Positions 27,918-37,236 of a DNA stretch of 64,000 nt are shown here, one piece after another. The translations under genes were made by a program, and so were the position numbers. Below the pieces are notes generated by a model. It was not told where the DNA came from. It was given only the letters and a program-made list of their open reading frames with translations, and made no database searches. The stretch covers positions 3,616,001 to 3,680,000 of the forward strand of contig OZ245006.1 in assembly GCA_965223545.1 (NCBI GenBank). The letters run 5' to 3'. Each line of letters begins with the position of its first letter. The first letter of the stretch is position 1. Origin of the DNA: Planctomycetota bacterium. GTDB lineage: Bacteria; Planctomycetota; UBA1135; UBA2386.

Positions 27918-30900
27918 CTACCGCTTCGACCCGCGGTCGAGCAGCGCTCGTGCCTGGACGTGCACCGCTCCGAACCGCTCGTCCCATTCGGTGTCGAGCA
28001 CGTGTTGCAGCGTCTTCTTCGCCGCAGCCTCGTCGCCGGTCGCGCGCTGCATTCGCGCCACACCGAGCCAGCCCTCGGGCTCGTCGGTGCGGATGCGCAC
28101 GACACAGCGCCACTGTCGCAGCGCGTCGAGGTGGCGCGCCTGCTGCTCGCGCTGCAGGGCGAGCAGCCGGTGGCCGGCAGCTTCCTCGGGCAGCACCTCG
28201 ACCAAGCTGGTGAAGGCCCGCTCGCTCGCCTCGCCCTGACCGAGCGCGGCGTAGCGCGTCCCCAGCTGGACGAAGCGCGGCAGCGCGGTGGGGTCGTGCG
28301 CGGCGGCGATGCGCATCGCCTCGCAGGCCGCGGCGGGGTCTCCCATCGCCTCGAGCACGCCGATCAGCGCGTCGTGCACCTCGACGTCCTCGGGTTGCAG
28401 GGCCCGTGCCAGCTCGAGCTGGCGCGCGGCCGTCGCCAGCTCACCCCGTTCTCGATAGACCTCCCCCAGCGCCTTGCGGATCACCGGTGCATCGACGCCG
28501 CGCGCCGCGACCTCGGCATCCCAACCGCGGACGTAGCCGGCCAGGTCGGAGAGCTTGGCGAGCACCGCGTGCAGCTTCTGCAGAGCGTCGCCGCGCCGGC
28601 GCGGCTCGCCACTCCACGCGACCACGGCCGCCGCCGCGGCATCGACCGCCGCCGCGTCCTGGCCAAGCGCCGCTCGTGCCAACGCCAGGCTGCCGTAGTA
28701 GTTCGACAGGGTGTTCGCGTTCGGGCGCTGGCCGCGCTCGTGCGCGGCGATGGCCGCGTCGAACAGCTCCGCCGCGCGACGCCAGAACTCGCAGCGCAGC
28801 GCGACCTGCGCCACGGCCGCCATCGCCCCCTCGTCCCAACGTCCGACCCGTTCGAGCCGCTCGACGGTCGCGTCGAGGACCCCGCGCGCGGCTTCGTCCG
28901 CTCCGGTCTCGTGCAGACCGCGCACCAGCCGCACGCGGTCGTCGACCCGGTCCGGAAACTCGTCGACCAAACGCCGCGCCAAGGCGACGGACGCCTCCCA
29001 CTGCCGGCGGTCCTGCAGCCAGTGCATCAGCTGCCGCAGGGCGTCGCCCGACAGCGGCGCCCGCGCGTCGGCGCGCCGCAGGAGATCGATGGCGTCCGCG
29101 TACCGCTGCAGGCCGTGCCACAAGTAGTCGGCGACGTGCCGCTGGCGCGCGACCGAATCCTCGGCCGCGGCCGCGATCTCGAGCGCGCGCCGCGCGAACA
29201 GATCGGCCTTCTCCTTCCAGACGTAGGAGCCACGGCCGTACATCGAGCGCTGCCGCGAATCCAACCCGGTGAGGTCGCCGACCAGCGCATCCATCACCAC
29301 GCGCAGCAGCCGCGGCTCGAGGTCACCGAGCTCGGGCTGCTCCTGCCGCCAGCGCGCCATCGTGCCGGCGAAGGTCTGCCAGCCGCCGCGGCGCACCCGC
29401 GCGAGCCAGCGTGGCTCGGTCTCGATGCGATGCAACAGCAGACGCAGGCCGGCATGCGGCCCGGCGATGCCGGCGAGCGTGCCGGCGGTGTCGACGAACA
29501 ACGCCTGGCTGTCTTGCGCGGCCCGGGTGGCCAGCTCCGGCAGCGCTGTCGCGGCAAACCGCTGCAGATCGGCGGCGACACCACCGACCGAGGCTTCGCG
29601 ATGCGCGGAGCCGTGCAGCAAGAGAAACTGGGTCAAGCCCTCGCGCAGCGAGGTCACCGGCATGGAGAAGAGTGCGTCCTGCATCGCCGCGCGCGCGCCC
29701 CGGTACAAGTCCGCGCCACGGCCGAGCGCCACCGCGCCGCCCTGGCCGAGACACCCGACCCAGAGCTCGAAGCGGCGCAGCTGCAGCCACGTGCGCTGGG
29801 CTTCGGTGACGTCACGGTCGAGCTCGGCGACCAAGAGGTCCTCGGCGACCCGGAACCGGCCGCGCGACTGGTACCAAGTCGACAGCGTTGCGAGCGCCTC
29901 GTTGACGGCGGCAATGTCGTCGGGACGGGGCGCTGTTCGATACGCCGCCAACGCGGCACGCACGCCGTCGATCGCGGCGTCCTGCGCGCCGTAGGCCCAC
30001 TCGGTGCGACCCAGCGACAGGGCGACCGCCAGCCGCTCGCCGAGATCGCGCTGCGCGACGCGCTCGAGCTCGCGCAGCTGGCGCCGCTGTTCGTCGGCGA
30101 AGCGGCGGTCGGCGATCACGCCCATCCCGGCGAGCAGCGTCGCCATCATCGGCGGCTCGCCAGGCGCCCAGTCACCGCGCGCACTGTCGCGCAACCAGCG
30201 CAGACCACGGTCGGCGTGCGGGCCCGGCGCATCCAGCACCTCGGACGCCCGCCGCTCGACCAAGAAGCCGAGCATGGTCAGCGCGCGCCGGTCGGCGGCG
30301 TTCGGGTCGGCGGCCAGCAGGGATTCGATCCGCTCCACGACCGCGTCACAGGTCGCCTCTTCGTGCACTTGTGCGATCAACCGGCCGACGCGCTCGAGCA
30401 TCGCGTAGGCGGTCTGCGGCGAGTGGCCGAGCAAACCGTCCGCCGTCGCCTGCAGCAAGCGGTGGTCCTTCACCGCCGCGTACAGGTTCTCGACCAACCA
30501 GAGCTGCGCCGCCGGATCTCCGGCCTTGCGCAGCAAGGCGGGCAGAGCGCGGAACACCTGCGCGTCGAGATCACCGGGCACGCCCGCGCCTCGCCGCGCC
30601 ACCGACTGCCGCGCCCGCTGCAGGAGACCGATCAGCTCGTGCTCGGGCATGGTCGCGAAGCGCTGGCGCACGGCGCGCTTCCGCGCTTCCAGATCACCGA
30701 GCGCGAGCTGCCAGCCCGCCATCGCCTCGAACTCCGCAGCCTCGAGCGCGCCGGCCTCGGCGACGCGCTCGAGCTCACGCACCGCGTCGCGCAGCGCACC
30801 GCGCTCGGCCAGCAGGTATGCCAACGCCACCCGCCACGGGCTGTGTACGTCGGCCGGTGTCAGCCAAGTGCGCACGACGGCCTCCAGCGGCTCCGGCCGA

Positions 30901-33900
30901 TCCAACGCCAGCAGCAAACGCCACAGCTGGTAGCGCCAATCCAGATCCCCGCTCTCGGCCGCGACCCCGGCGCGGTACAGCGCGATGACGCCATCGACCA
31001 GCGGCTCGGGCGCCGCCGTCTGGCAGGCGGCGTGGCTCAGGACCAGCGAGCAACGCTCGCGCAGCGCGCGGCGCCACGCCGCGGTCGGGCGTTCCGGCGC
31101 CTCCTCCACGGCGCCCTCCGCCGCGGCGTCTTCCCCCGACAGCTCGGCGAGCAGGGCGCGGGCACGCCGGTCGACGTCGGCCAGGTCGGCGCCGGTCTCG
31201 ACGGCGAAGCACAGCGCTTCGACAGCCAAGAATGCCCGGTGCGCGGGGTCCGCCTCTTCCGCGGCGCGCGCCAAGCGTTCCGCCAGCCCCGCGCGCGCAG
31301 CTGCGAGCGCGTTGCGCTCTGCCTCGCGCCGCGCCGCGCGGCTCAGCGCTTCGAGTGCCGCGGGCTCGCCGAGCGCGTGCCGGCGGCGCTGCTCGAGCAA
31401 GCCCGTGGCGAGCTGGCGGACGGCGCCCGCGATTGCGCCATCGCGCGCCGCGGCCTCTGCTTTGGGCGACACGTGCGCCGCCAACGTCGCCAGCGCCTCG
31501 TCCTCGAGCGCGCGACTCCAGGGCTCCCGCAACAGACGCGGGAGGAGCGCTGCCGCCGCTGCCGCGCGCGTCTCGGCCGCGGCCGAGAGAAGCCACTGCC
31601 GCGCCACCGCCAAAGCCTCGGCACGCTGCTCGCCGGCGTCGTGAATGCGCAGCAGCTCGCGCGCGAGCACTGCACCGGCCTCGGGCTCGGCCCGCCAACG
31701 CGCGTGCAGCAGCGCCACCAAGCTCGCGCGCAGCTCCACGTCGACCGCATCCGCTTGCCATTCCAACACCGCCAAGAGCAGCTGCAGTCGCGGCAAGGGC
31801 ATGGTGGCGATCGCCCGGTCCTCGAGCAGCCGGCCCCGGACTTCATCGCGCAGTGCGGCCCCGGCATCGGTGCGCGCAAAGCGGTAGTCGCGCAGCACGC
31901 GCGCGGCGACGTCCGCGTAGGGCGCACCGGCGTCGAGCCACGGCAGCACGGCGGCGCGCAGCGCGTCCGCAAACCGGAGATCGACCGCGTACGAGCCGAA
32001 GTTCCAACCCCGCCCCAGCACGATCGAAACCGCGGCGTGCAACCGCGCGGCGTGCGCGCGGCGGACATCATCGCCGGCGTCGGCGCCGCGCGGCGCCTCG
32101 GCAAGCCGCGCCGCCACCCACGCGTCCGCCGCATCCTCGGCGCCGAACAGGTAGCGCGCCGCGATGTAGCGGTCGGCGGCGACTGCCCGCGTCGGGTGCT
32201 CGCCGATCCAGGTCTCGGTCAACGCCAGCAGCGCCGGCCCATCGCGGCGGCTCCACAGCAGTTCCGTGCACCGCGTGTAGAGATCGTTGGCCTCGTGGGC
32301 CGTCAGTCGCTTGCGCGCATCCAATGCCGCTTGCAGGAGCTGCGCCGCCTCGCCGGTGCGCGAGCACTGCATCAGAGCGCGCGCGCACTCCCACACCGCC
32401 GTCGGCTCACCCGAGGCGTCGGCCAGCAGCGCCCGGCGCAAGACCAGGGCGTCGGCCCAGCGGCCGGCGCGCTCCAGCGTCTTGGCTTGCCAATCGCGGA
32501 GCTGGCGCTCGGCGAAGTCGGTGTCGGGTCCCGCGTCGGCGAAGGCGGGGCGCAGCGCCTCGACCAAAGCGAGGACCTCCGGCGGCTCGAGATGCCGCGA
32601 CGCGACCTGCAGCACGTGCGCGCCGAGCACGGCGCCGCGGCCCACGAGCCGCGCCGCCGCCGCCGAGACCACACGCTCCGCCTGCGCGCTGAGCTCCGCG
32701 CCGCGGCGTCCCAGCGCCATCGCGGCAAACCGCAACCATTCGGCCGATTGCTCCTCCGACCCCGCGAGCAGAGGTGCCATCGCGTCCCGACACTCGTCCC
32801 AGCTCTGACGGGCGGCGAAGTGCAGCGCCACCGTCAGCACGTCGATCGGTCGGCCGCGCCCCTCGTGCACCGCGCGCCGCGCCACCGCCAGCGAAGGCGC
32901 CGGTCCGTCGAGCAGCAGCGCTCCGGCCGGCGCCGCGCGCGCCGCGAGCTGGGCCGCAGCGTCCGCGGCGGGTACCGATTCCAGCGCGATGGACTGCCGC
33001 ATCACGCGGCGGCCTTCGCCATCGAAGCTCTCCGCGTGCGTCGCCCACCACACGCCACCGACCTCGACGAAGTCACCGAACGTCGCCCGCTGGGTCAGCG
33101 CGTCGCCGGTCCACACGCGGCGCTCGCGCAGCACGGCGCGGCGCACGTCGACGACGAGCTCGGTGCGGTCGGTGCGCGGCTCCGGCGGCACGAGCTCGAC
33201 CACCGCGACGTCGTCATCGGCGCGCAGCAGCCGGGCCTTCCAGCCGGCGTACGCCCCCGACCAGTCCGTGAACGACGCATCGCCGACCAACCTGGGCCAG
33301 GCGTCCGCGTCGGCCGCAGCCGACGGCCGGCGGCGCCCCAAGGCCAAGTCCGCCGACAGTGCCGCACGGAAACCCGCGAAGTTCCAGGATTCGTACGCCA
33401 GCCCCGCGCGCGGGGCGGAGCGGGCGTGCCACTCGTGTCCCAGGACCAGCAACTCGCTGCGCTGCACGCCGACGACGCCCCGTCGCAGGGCGTGGATGCG
33501 GGTGGTCTCGCCGCGCCAACGCAGCCCGTCGGTCCTCGCCGCCACCGCCGTGCTGCGATCGAGCGAGAGGAGCACGCGGCGGACCTCTTCTGGCCACGCG
33601 GCCGGCGCCGCGACCGGAGCCCTGATGGGCGCGGCAGGCGGCAGCGGCGGAAAGCCCAGGCTGCCGAGATCGGCGCGCGGCGGCACCGGCCCCCAGGCCG
33701 TGTTCGCATCCCGACGCCAGCGCCCTCCCGACGCCGGCGGTGCCATCGCCGCCGAGCGCCGTTGGTCACCGAGAAAGAACGAGTCCGCCGAGGCCCCCGG
33801 CAGATTCGCCATCGACTCGCTCGCCGGCAACGGGGTCTCGAGCTCCTCGGCGCTGCGCTCGTCATCGAACGGCGCCGCGGTCATCGGACCGCGCGCGCTG

Positions 33901-36374
33901 GCGAAGCGCACGGAGTCCAGCTGCTCGTTGTCGAAGTCGCGCGCATAGCGCGCCCCGCCGCCACCGAACTTGCCCTCCGCCGAGGTGCCGACGGCGACGT
34001 GCCACGGCGACAGATCACGCCCCAGGCCCGCGATCTCGCGCAGCATCTGTGCGCGGAGCCGATGCCGCCAGGCGCGCGCCGCCCGCATCTGGTCGCGCCG
34101 CATCGCCAGGTCGACCGCGTCCCGCGCCGCGGCGAAGAACTGCTCGCCGTCGCGCGGGTGGACGCGGCGCTCGACACCGTAGCGCTCGCGATCGGCATCG
34201 TTCTCCAACACCAAGAGCGAGGTGTAGGGAGTGATCACTCCGTAGCGTTCGCTGAGCTCGATGATGTCCTCCGCGACTCCCGGCGCGCGCCCCTGCAAGA
34301 GCAGCGCGTCGATGTGCCGCCGCGCCCACAGCCGCGGGATGAACGAGTTGCCGCCGTCGGCCGCCGGCAACTCGACGTCGGCGACCCAACGCACCGGTAC
34401 GCCATCGCGCGTTCCCTCGACCACCAGCCGGCCCGCGGTCGATTCCTCGCCCGGCCGATACCGGCCGACGACGACGTGCTGGCTGCCAGCGGCGAGGTTG
34501 GCAAGGCGACCCGGGTGGACCCGCGCCGTCTCCAGCCCCTCGAAGCGCAACGACAGCTCGCGAACCGCCGGCGACGTCGCCTCCTCCAGCAGCTCGGCGG
34601 CATCGAGGGCGGGGTGCTGGCCCACTGCGCGCACGGAGCCGCCGCCGATCGCGGCGATCGCCTGCAACACCCGGGCCTCGACTTGCGCGCCGGTCGAGAC
34701 CGCGTGGCAGGCCACGTCAGCGCCGGCGCCCGCCGCGGCGAGCCGCTCGGCGAGCGCGACCGCATCCGAGTCGGCGGCGGTGCCCAGACCGTCGCCGACG
34801 TAGACGACGACCGCTCCCGCGGAGGCGTCGCCGATGGCCCGCCGCAGCATCGCCTCCACGTCGCTCCAACCGAGCGACGCGCGGCCGGTCAAGAACTCCA
34901 TCGCCGCGCCGACGTTGGCGTCGGTCGGTGCCGAGGCCGCAGCGGCGAACGGCACCGCTTCGACGTCACCGGCGTACAGGCGGAACCGATCGTCCTCTCC
35001 CAATACCGACAGCAGCCCTTCGACGAAGGCGTGCTGCGCGGCGCGCGCTGCGTGGTCCATCGAAGCCGAGGTGTCGGCGACGACCACCAGCTCCCCCATC
35101 GAGGCGTCGCCGATGCGCTCGCGGCGGAACACACCCGTGTCCTCCGGCGCCGACAGCAATGCCATCAGGTAGCCGTCGTCGCCACGGCGGTGGACACGGA
35201 GCGACAGCGGATCCCGGCGGGCGAGCCGCACCGCTACTTCGAAATCGCGCTGCGGCACGTAGTCCTCGGCGTCGAATTCGACCGCGGCGCGGTGTCCATC
35301 GTCCCGGGACCGAACCTCGTGGGTCGGCGACTCGATCGCGGTGATCGCGGTCGCCGAATCGATCGCCACCCGCAGCTGCAGCTGCCGCAGCGGATGGGCG
35401 CGCAGCAGGTCGCTGCGCAGCGCGTAGCGGTAGCGCAGGGTGTCGCCGCGCAGAGGCAGGACCTGGGTGTAGCGAATGCGGATCCGCTTCTCCGAGTGGG
35501 CCTCGATGGGAAACACCCGCGCCTTGAACAGGTTGCCCCCCGCCCACTCCAGCAGGGCTGGGTCTTTGCGGCGGCGCACGATGTCTTCGAAGATCGCCCG
35601 CGCGCGCTGGCGCTCGACCACGTCCGCTTCGACCAGCTCGCTGCCGATCCACATGCCGAAGCCGCTCACCGACGCATCGGATGGCAACGGAAAGTAGAAC
35701 ACGCCTTCGAGCCGCGCGTCCGTGTTGTTGACGAAGCTCTGCTCGACCGTGGTGCGCGCGATCTGGTCTTTGATCTCGACGTCGACCTTGTGGTAGCCGA
35801 TCGACAGCGGCACGTCGCGGCCGTCGACCTGGGCGACGAGCGATCCCATCCACTCATTGGTCGCCGCGCCGCGGTAGCCGGTCAGCCAGCGCGGATCGTC
35901 GGTGAGCTGCTCGGTGGAAGCGGCGGTGGCGGCGAGGACGGCCCGCTCGGTCAGGCGCTGTGCGAACCCACCCGGCCCGCGCACCGAGAGAGGCGCACCC
36001 TCGGCCGGAGTGACCTCGACCTGCCCGCGCAGCAGCCGCAGCGAAGCCGTCGCCTCACCCAGCTCGATCGTGGCGCCCGGGCCGACCAGGACCTGCGCGC
36101 CGTCGCGCAGCTCGAGCTCGACCGCGTTGGCCCCGCGCGCGCTGGTGCGCACCACCTCCGCAGGCCACACCTGCCCCCCCGTGCGCAGCGGGGTCCAGCG
36201 GCGACCGCCGGCGACACGCGCCGTGGCGGTGCCCTGCACGTCGACGACGGTCCCAGCCCGCCCGTCGCGCGGCGGCATTTGGCCGCCGGACGGGGAGAAC
36301 CGCCGCTCGGCCGCGAGGGCGAGGCCCGCCAACAACAACAGGACGAAGATCATCGGTCGCAGAATCGGTCGCAT
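27918..36374 (-). CDS. Giant secreted FecR-like + VIT + vWA + TPR protein (~2800 aa)
   Basis: Signal peptide. VRTSARG...LELRDG (FecR-like). IARTTVEQSF...LEGVFYFPLP...DPALLEW (VIT). DTSASMD (MIDAS). RLWARR, TPYTSLLVLE. Long TPR-like C-terminal region. Confidence 0.88.
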   Translation of the reverse strand: MRPILRPMIFVLLLLAGLALAAERRFSPSGGQMPPRDGRAGTVVDVQGTATARVAGGRRWTPLRTGGQVWPAEVVRTSARGANAVELELRDGAQVLVGPGATIELGEATASLRLLRGQVEVTPAEGAPLSVRGPGGFAQRLTERAVLAATAASTEQLTDDPRWLTGYRGAATNEWMGSLVAQVDGRDVPLSIGYHKVDVEIKDQIARTTVEQSFVNNTDARLEGVFYFPLPSDASVSGFGMWIGSELVEADVVERQRARAIFEDIVRRRKDPALLEWAGGNLFKARVFPIEAHSEKRIRIRYTQVLPLRGDTLRYRYALRSDLLRAHPLRQLQLRVAIDSATAITAIESPTHEVRSRDDGHRAAVEFDAEDYVPQRDFEVAVRLARRDPLSLRVHRRGDDGYLMALLSAPEDTGVFRRERIGDASMGELVVVADTSASMDHAARAAQHAFVEGLLSVLGEDDRFRLYAGDVEAVPFAAAASAPTDANVGAAMEFLTGRASLGWSDVEAMLRRAIGDASAGAVVVYVGDGLGTAADSDAVALAERLAAAGAGADVACHAVSTGAQVEARVLQAIAAIGGGSVRAVGQHPALDAAELLEEATSPAVRELSLRFEGLETARVHPGRLANLAAGSQHVVVGRYRPGEESTAGRLVVEGTRDGVPVRWVADVELPAADGGNSFIPRLWARRHIDALLLQGRAPGVAEDIIELSERYGVITPYTSLLVLENDADRERYGVERRVHPRDGEQFFAAARDAVDLAMRRDQMRAARAWRHRLRAQMLREIAGLGRDLSPWHVAVGTSAEGKFGGGGARYARDFDNEQLDSVRFASARGPMTAAPFDDERSAEELETPLPASESMANLPGASADSFFLGDQRRSAAMAPPASGGRWRRDANTAWGPVPPRADLGSLGFPPLPPAAPIRAPVAAPAAWPEEVRRVLLSLDRSTAVAARTDGLRWRGETTRIHALRRGVVGVQRSELLVLGHEWHARSAPRAGLAYESWNFAGFRAALSADLALGRRRPSAAADADAWPRLVGDASFTDWSGAYAGWKARLLRADDDVAVVELVPPEPRTDRTELVVDVRRAVLRERRVWTGDALTQRATFGDFVEVGGVWWATHAESFDGEGRRVMRQSIALESVPAADAAAQLAARAAPAGALLLDGPAPSLAVARRAVHEGRGRPIDVLTVALHFAARQSWDECRDAMAPLLAGSEEQSAEWLRFAAMALGRRGAELSAQAERVVSAAAARLVGRGAVLGAHVLQVASRHLEPPEVLALVEALRPAFADAGPDTDFAERQLRDWQAKTLERAGRWADALVLRRALLADASGEPTAVWECARALMQCSRTGEAAQLLQAALDARKRLTAHEANDLYTRCTELLWSRRDGPALLALTETWIGEHPTRAVAADRYIAARYLFGAEDAADAWVAARLAEAPRGADAGDDVRRAHAARLHAAVSIVLGRGWNFGSYAVDLRFADALRAAVLPWLDAGAPYADVAARVLRDYRFARTDAGAALRDEVRGRLLEDRAIATMPLPRLQLLLAVLEWQADAVDVELRASLVALLHARWRAEPEAGAVLARELLRIHDAGEQRAEALAVARQWLLSAAAETRAAAAAALLPRLLREPWSRALEDEALATLAAHVSPKAEAAARDGAIAGAVRQLATGLLEQRRRHALGEPAALEALSRAARREAERNALAAARAGLAERLARAAEEADPAHRAFLAVEALCFAVETGADLADVDRRARALLAELSGEDAAAEGAVEEAPERPTAAWRRALRERCSLVLSHAACQTAAPEPLVDGVIALYRAGVAAESGDLDWRYQLWRLLLALDRPEPLEAVVRTWLTPADVHSPWRVALAYLLAERGALRDAVRELERVAEAGALEAAEFEAMAGWQLALGDLEARKRAVRQRFATMPEHELIGLLQRARQSVARRGAGVPGDLDAQVFRALPALLRKAGDPAAQLWLVENLYAAVKDHRLLQATADGLLGHSPQTAYAMLERVGRLIAQVHEEATCDAVVERIESLLAADPNAADRRALTMLGFLVERRASEVLDAPGPHADRGLRWLRDSARGDWAPGEPPMMATLLAGMGVIADRRFADEQRRQLRELERVAQRDLGERLAVALSLGRTEWAYGAQDAAIDGVRAALAAYRTAPRPDDIAAVNEALATLSTWYQSRGRFRVAEDLLVAELDRDVTEAQRTWLQLRRFELWVGCLGQGGAVALGRGADLYRGARAAMQDALFSMPVTSLREGLTQFLLLHGSAHREASVGGVAADLQRFAATALPELATRAAQDSQALFVDTAGTLAGIAGPHAGLRLLLHRIETEPRWLARVRRGGWQTFAGTMARWRQEQPELGDLEPRLLRVVMDALVGDLTGLDSRQRSMYGRGSYVWKEKADLFARRALEIAAAAEDSVARQRHVADYLWHGLQRYADAIDLLRRADARAPLSGDALRQLMHWLQDRRQWEASVALARRLVDEFPDRVDDRVRLVRGLHETGADEAARGVLDATVERLERVGRWDEGAMAAVAQVALRCEFWRRAAELFDAAIAAHERGQRPNANTLSNYYGSLALARAALGQDAAAVDAAAAAVVAWSGEPRRRGDALQKLHAVLAKLSDLAGYVRGWDAEVAARGVDAPVIRKALGEVYRERGELATAARQLELARALQPEDVEVHDALIGVLEAMGDPAAACEAMRIAAAHDPTALPRFVQLGTRYAALGQGEASERAFTSLVEVLPEEAAGHRLLALQREQQARHLDALRQWRCVVRIRTDEPEGWLGVARMQRATGDEAAAKKTLQHVLDTEWDERFGAVHVQARALLDRGSKR

Positions 36375-36629
36375 GCGCGCTCCCCGCGGCAAAGAGGGCA
36401 GGCTCGAGATGCCGCCCACGAAGAAAGATGCGAGGCGCCGTGCAAAGTTCCCGAGCGACCCGGCGGCGGCGCGACGGCGGCTCCGGTTCGGCACATGCTA
36501 TCGCCGGGTCCACGCCGAGGGACCGCCGCGCGCCCCGCGGTTTCCGATTCCGGGGATTCCGACTCGATGTCGAATCCCGCAGTGCACCGCCGTCCCCTGG
36601 GCAACCATTGACGCCAAGGAACCATCCCG

Positions 36630-37148
36630 ATGCTCCATCCGCTCTTCTACACGCTGCTCGCCGCGTGCCTCGCCCCCTTCGGCAACCCCGGCCAGGATCC
36701 CGAACCCGCTGCCGCGCCCGAGGCCTCCGCGCCCGCCCAACCGTCGATCGACGACTTCAAGTGGCTCGCCGGGCACTGGCGCGGGACCGGACTCGGCGGC
36801 ACCTGTGAGGAGATTTGGAGCGAGCCGATGGGCGGCACGATGATGGGCTCGTTCCGCCTGCTGCGGGACGACAAGGTGCTATTCTACGAGCTGATCGTGC
36901 TGGGGCCCGACAAGGACGGCTTCTCCATGCGGGTGAAGCACTTCTCGCCCGAGTTCGTCGCGTGGGAGGAGAAGGACGGCGCGGTGCGCTTCCCCTTCGA
37001 GTCCGTCGAGGGCACGAAAGCCGAGTTCGGCGGCCTGCGCGCAGAGCGCGACGGCGACCGTCTGGTGATCCAGGTGAAGATGAGCGGCCGCGACGGCAGC
37101 TCTCGGTGGGAGCCCTTCGAGCTCGAGCGCGTGACGCCGGGGTCCTGA
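36630..37148 (+). CDS. Secreted DUF6265-like protein
   Basis: WLAGHWRG...EEIWSEPMGGTMMGSFR...FYE...KHF...WEEKD. Confidence 0.8.
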   Translation: MLHPLFYTLLAACLAPFGNPGQDPEPAAAPEASAPAQPSIDDFKWLAGHWRGTGLGGTCEEIWSEPMGGTMMGSFRLLRDDKVLFYELIVLGPDKDGFSMRVKHFSPEFVAWEEKDGAVRFPFESVEGTKAEFGGLRAERDGDRLVIQVKMSGRDGSSRWEPFELERVTPGS

Positions 37149-37236
37149 AGTTCGGCAGAGCGTACGCGCGCTCCCTTTTTGGCCGAAACTTGAGACACAC
37201 ACCGAGGGAAATGCGACAAGGGGTTCGGAGAATCCC

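Noticed and set aside
36553..36579. Hairpin GGGATTCCGAC...GTCGAATCCC as a tRNA fragment
   Set aside because: No cloverleaf or CCA end. At most a small stem in a divergent promoter region.
27960..36611. 2883-aa plus-strand ORF
   Set aside because: Antisense shadow of the VIT/vWA gene. Arg/Gly/Ala-rich with no motifs, as expected in high-GC DNA.
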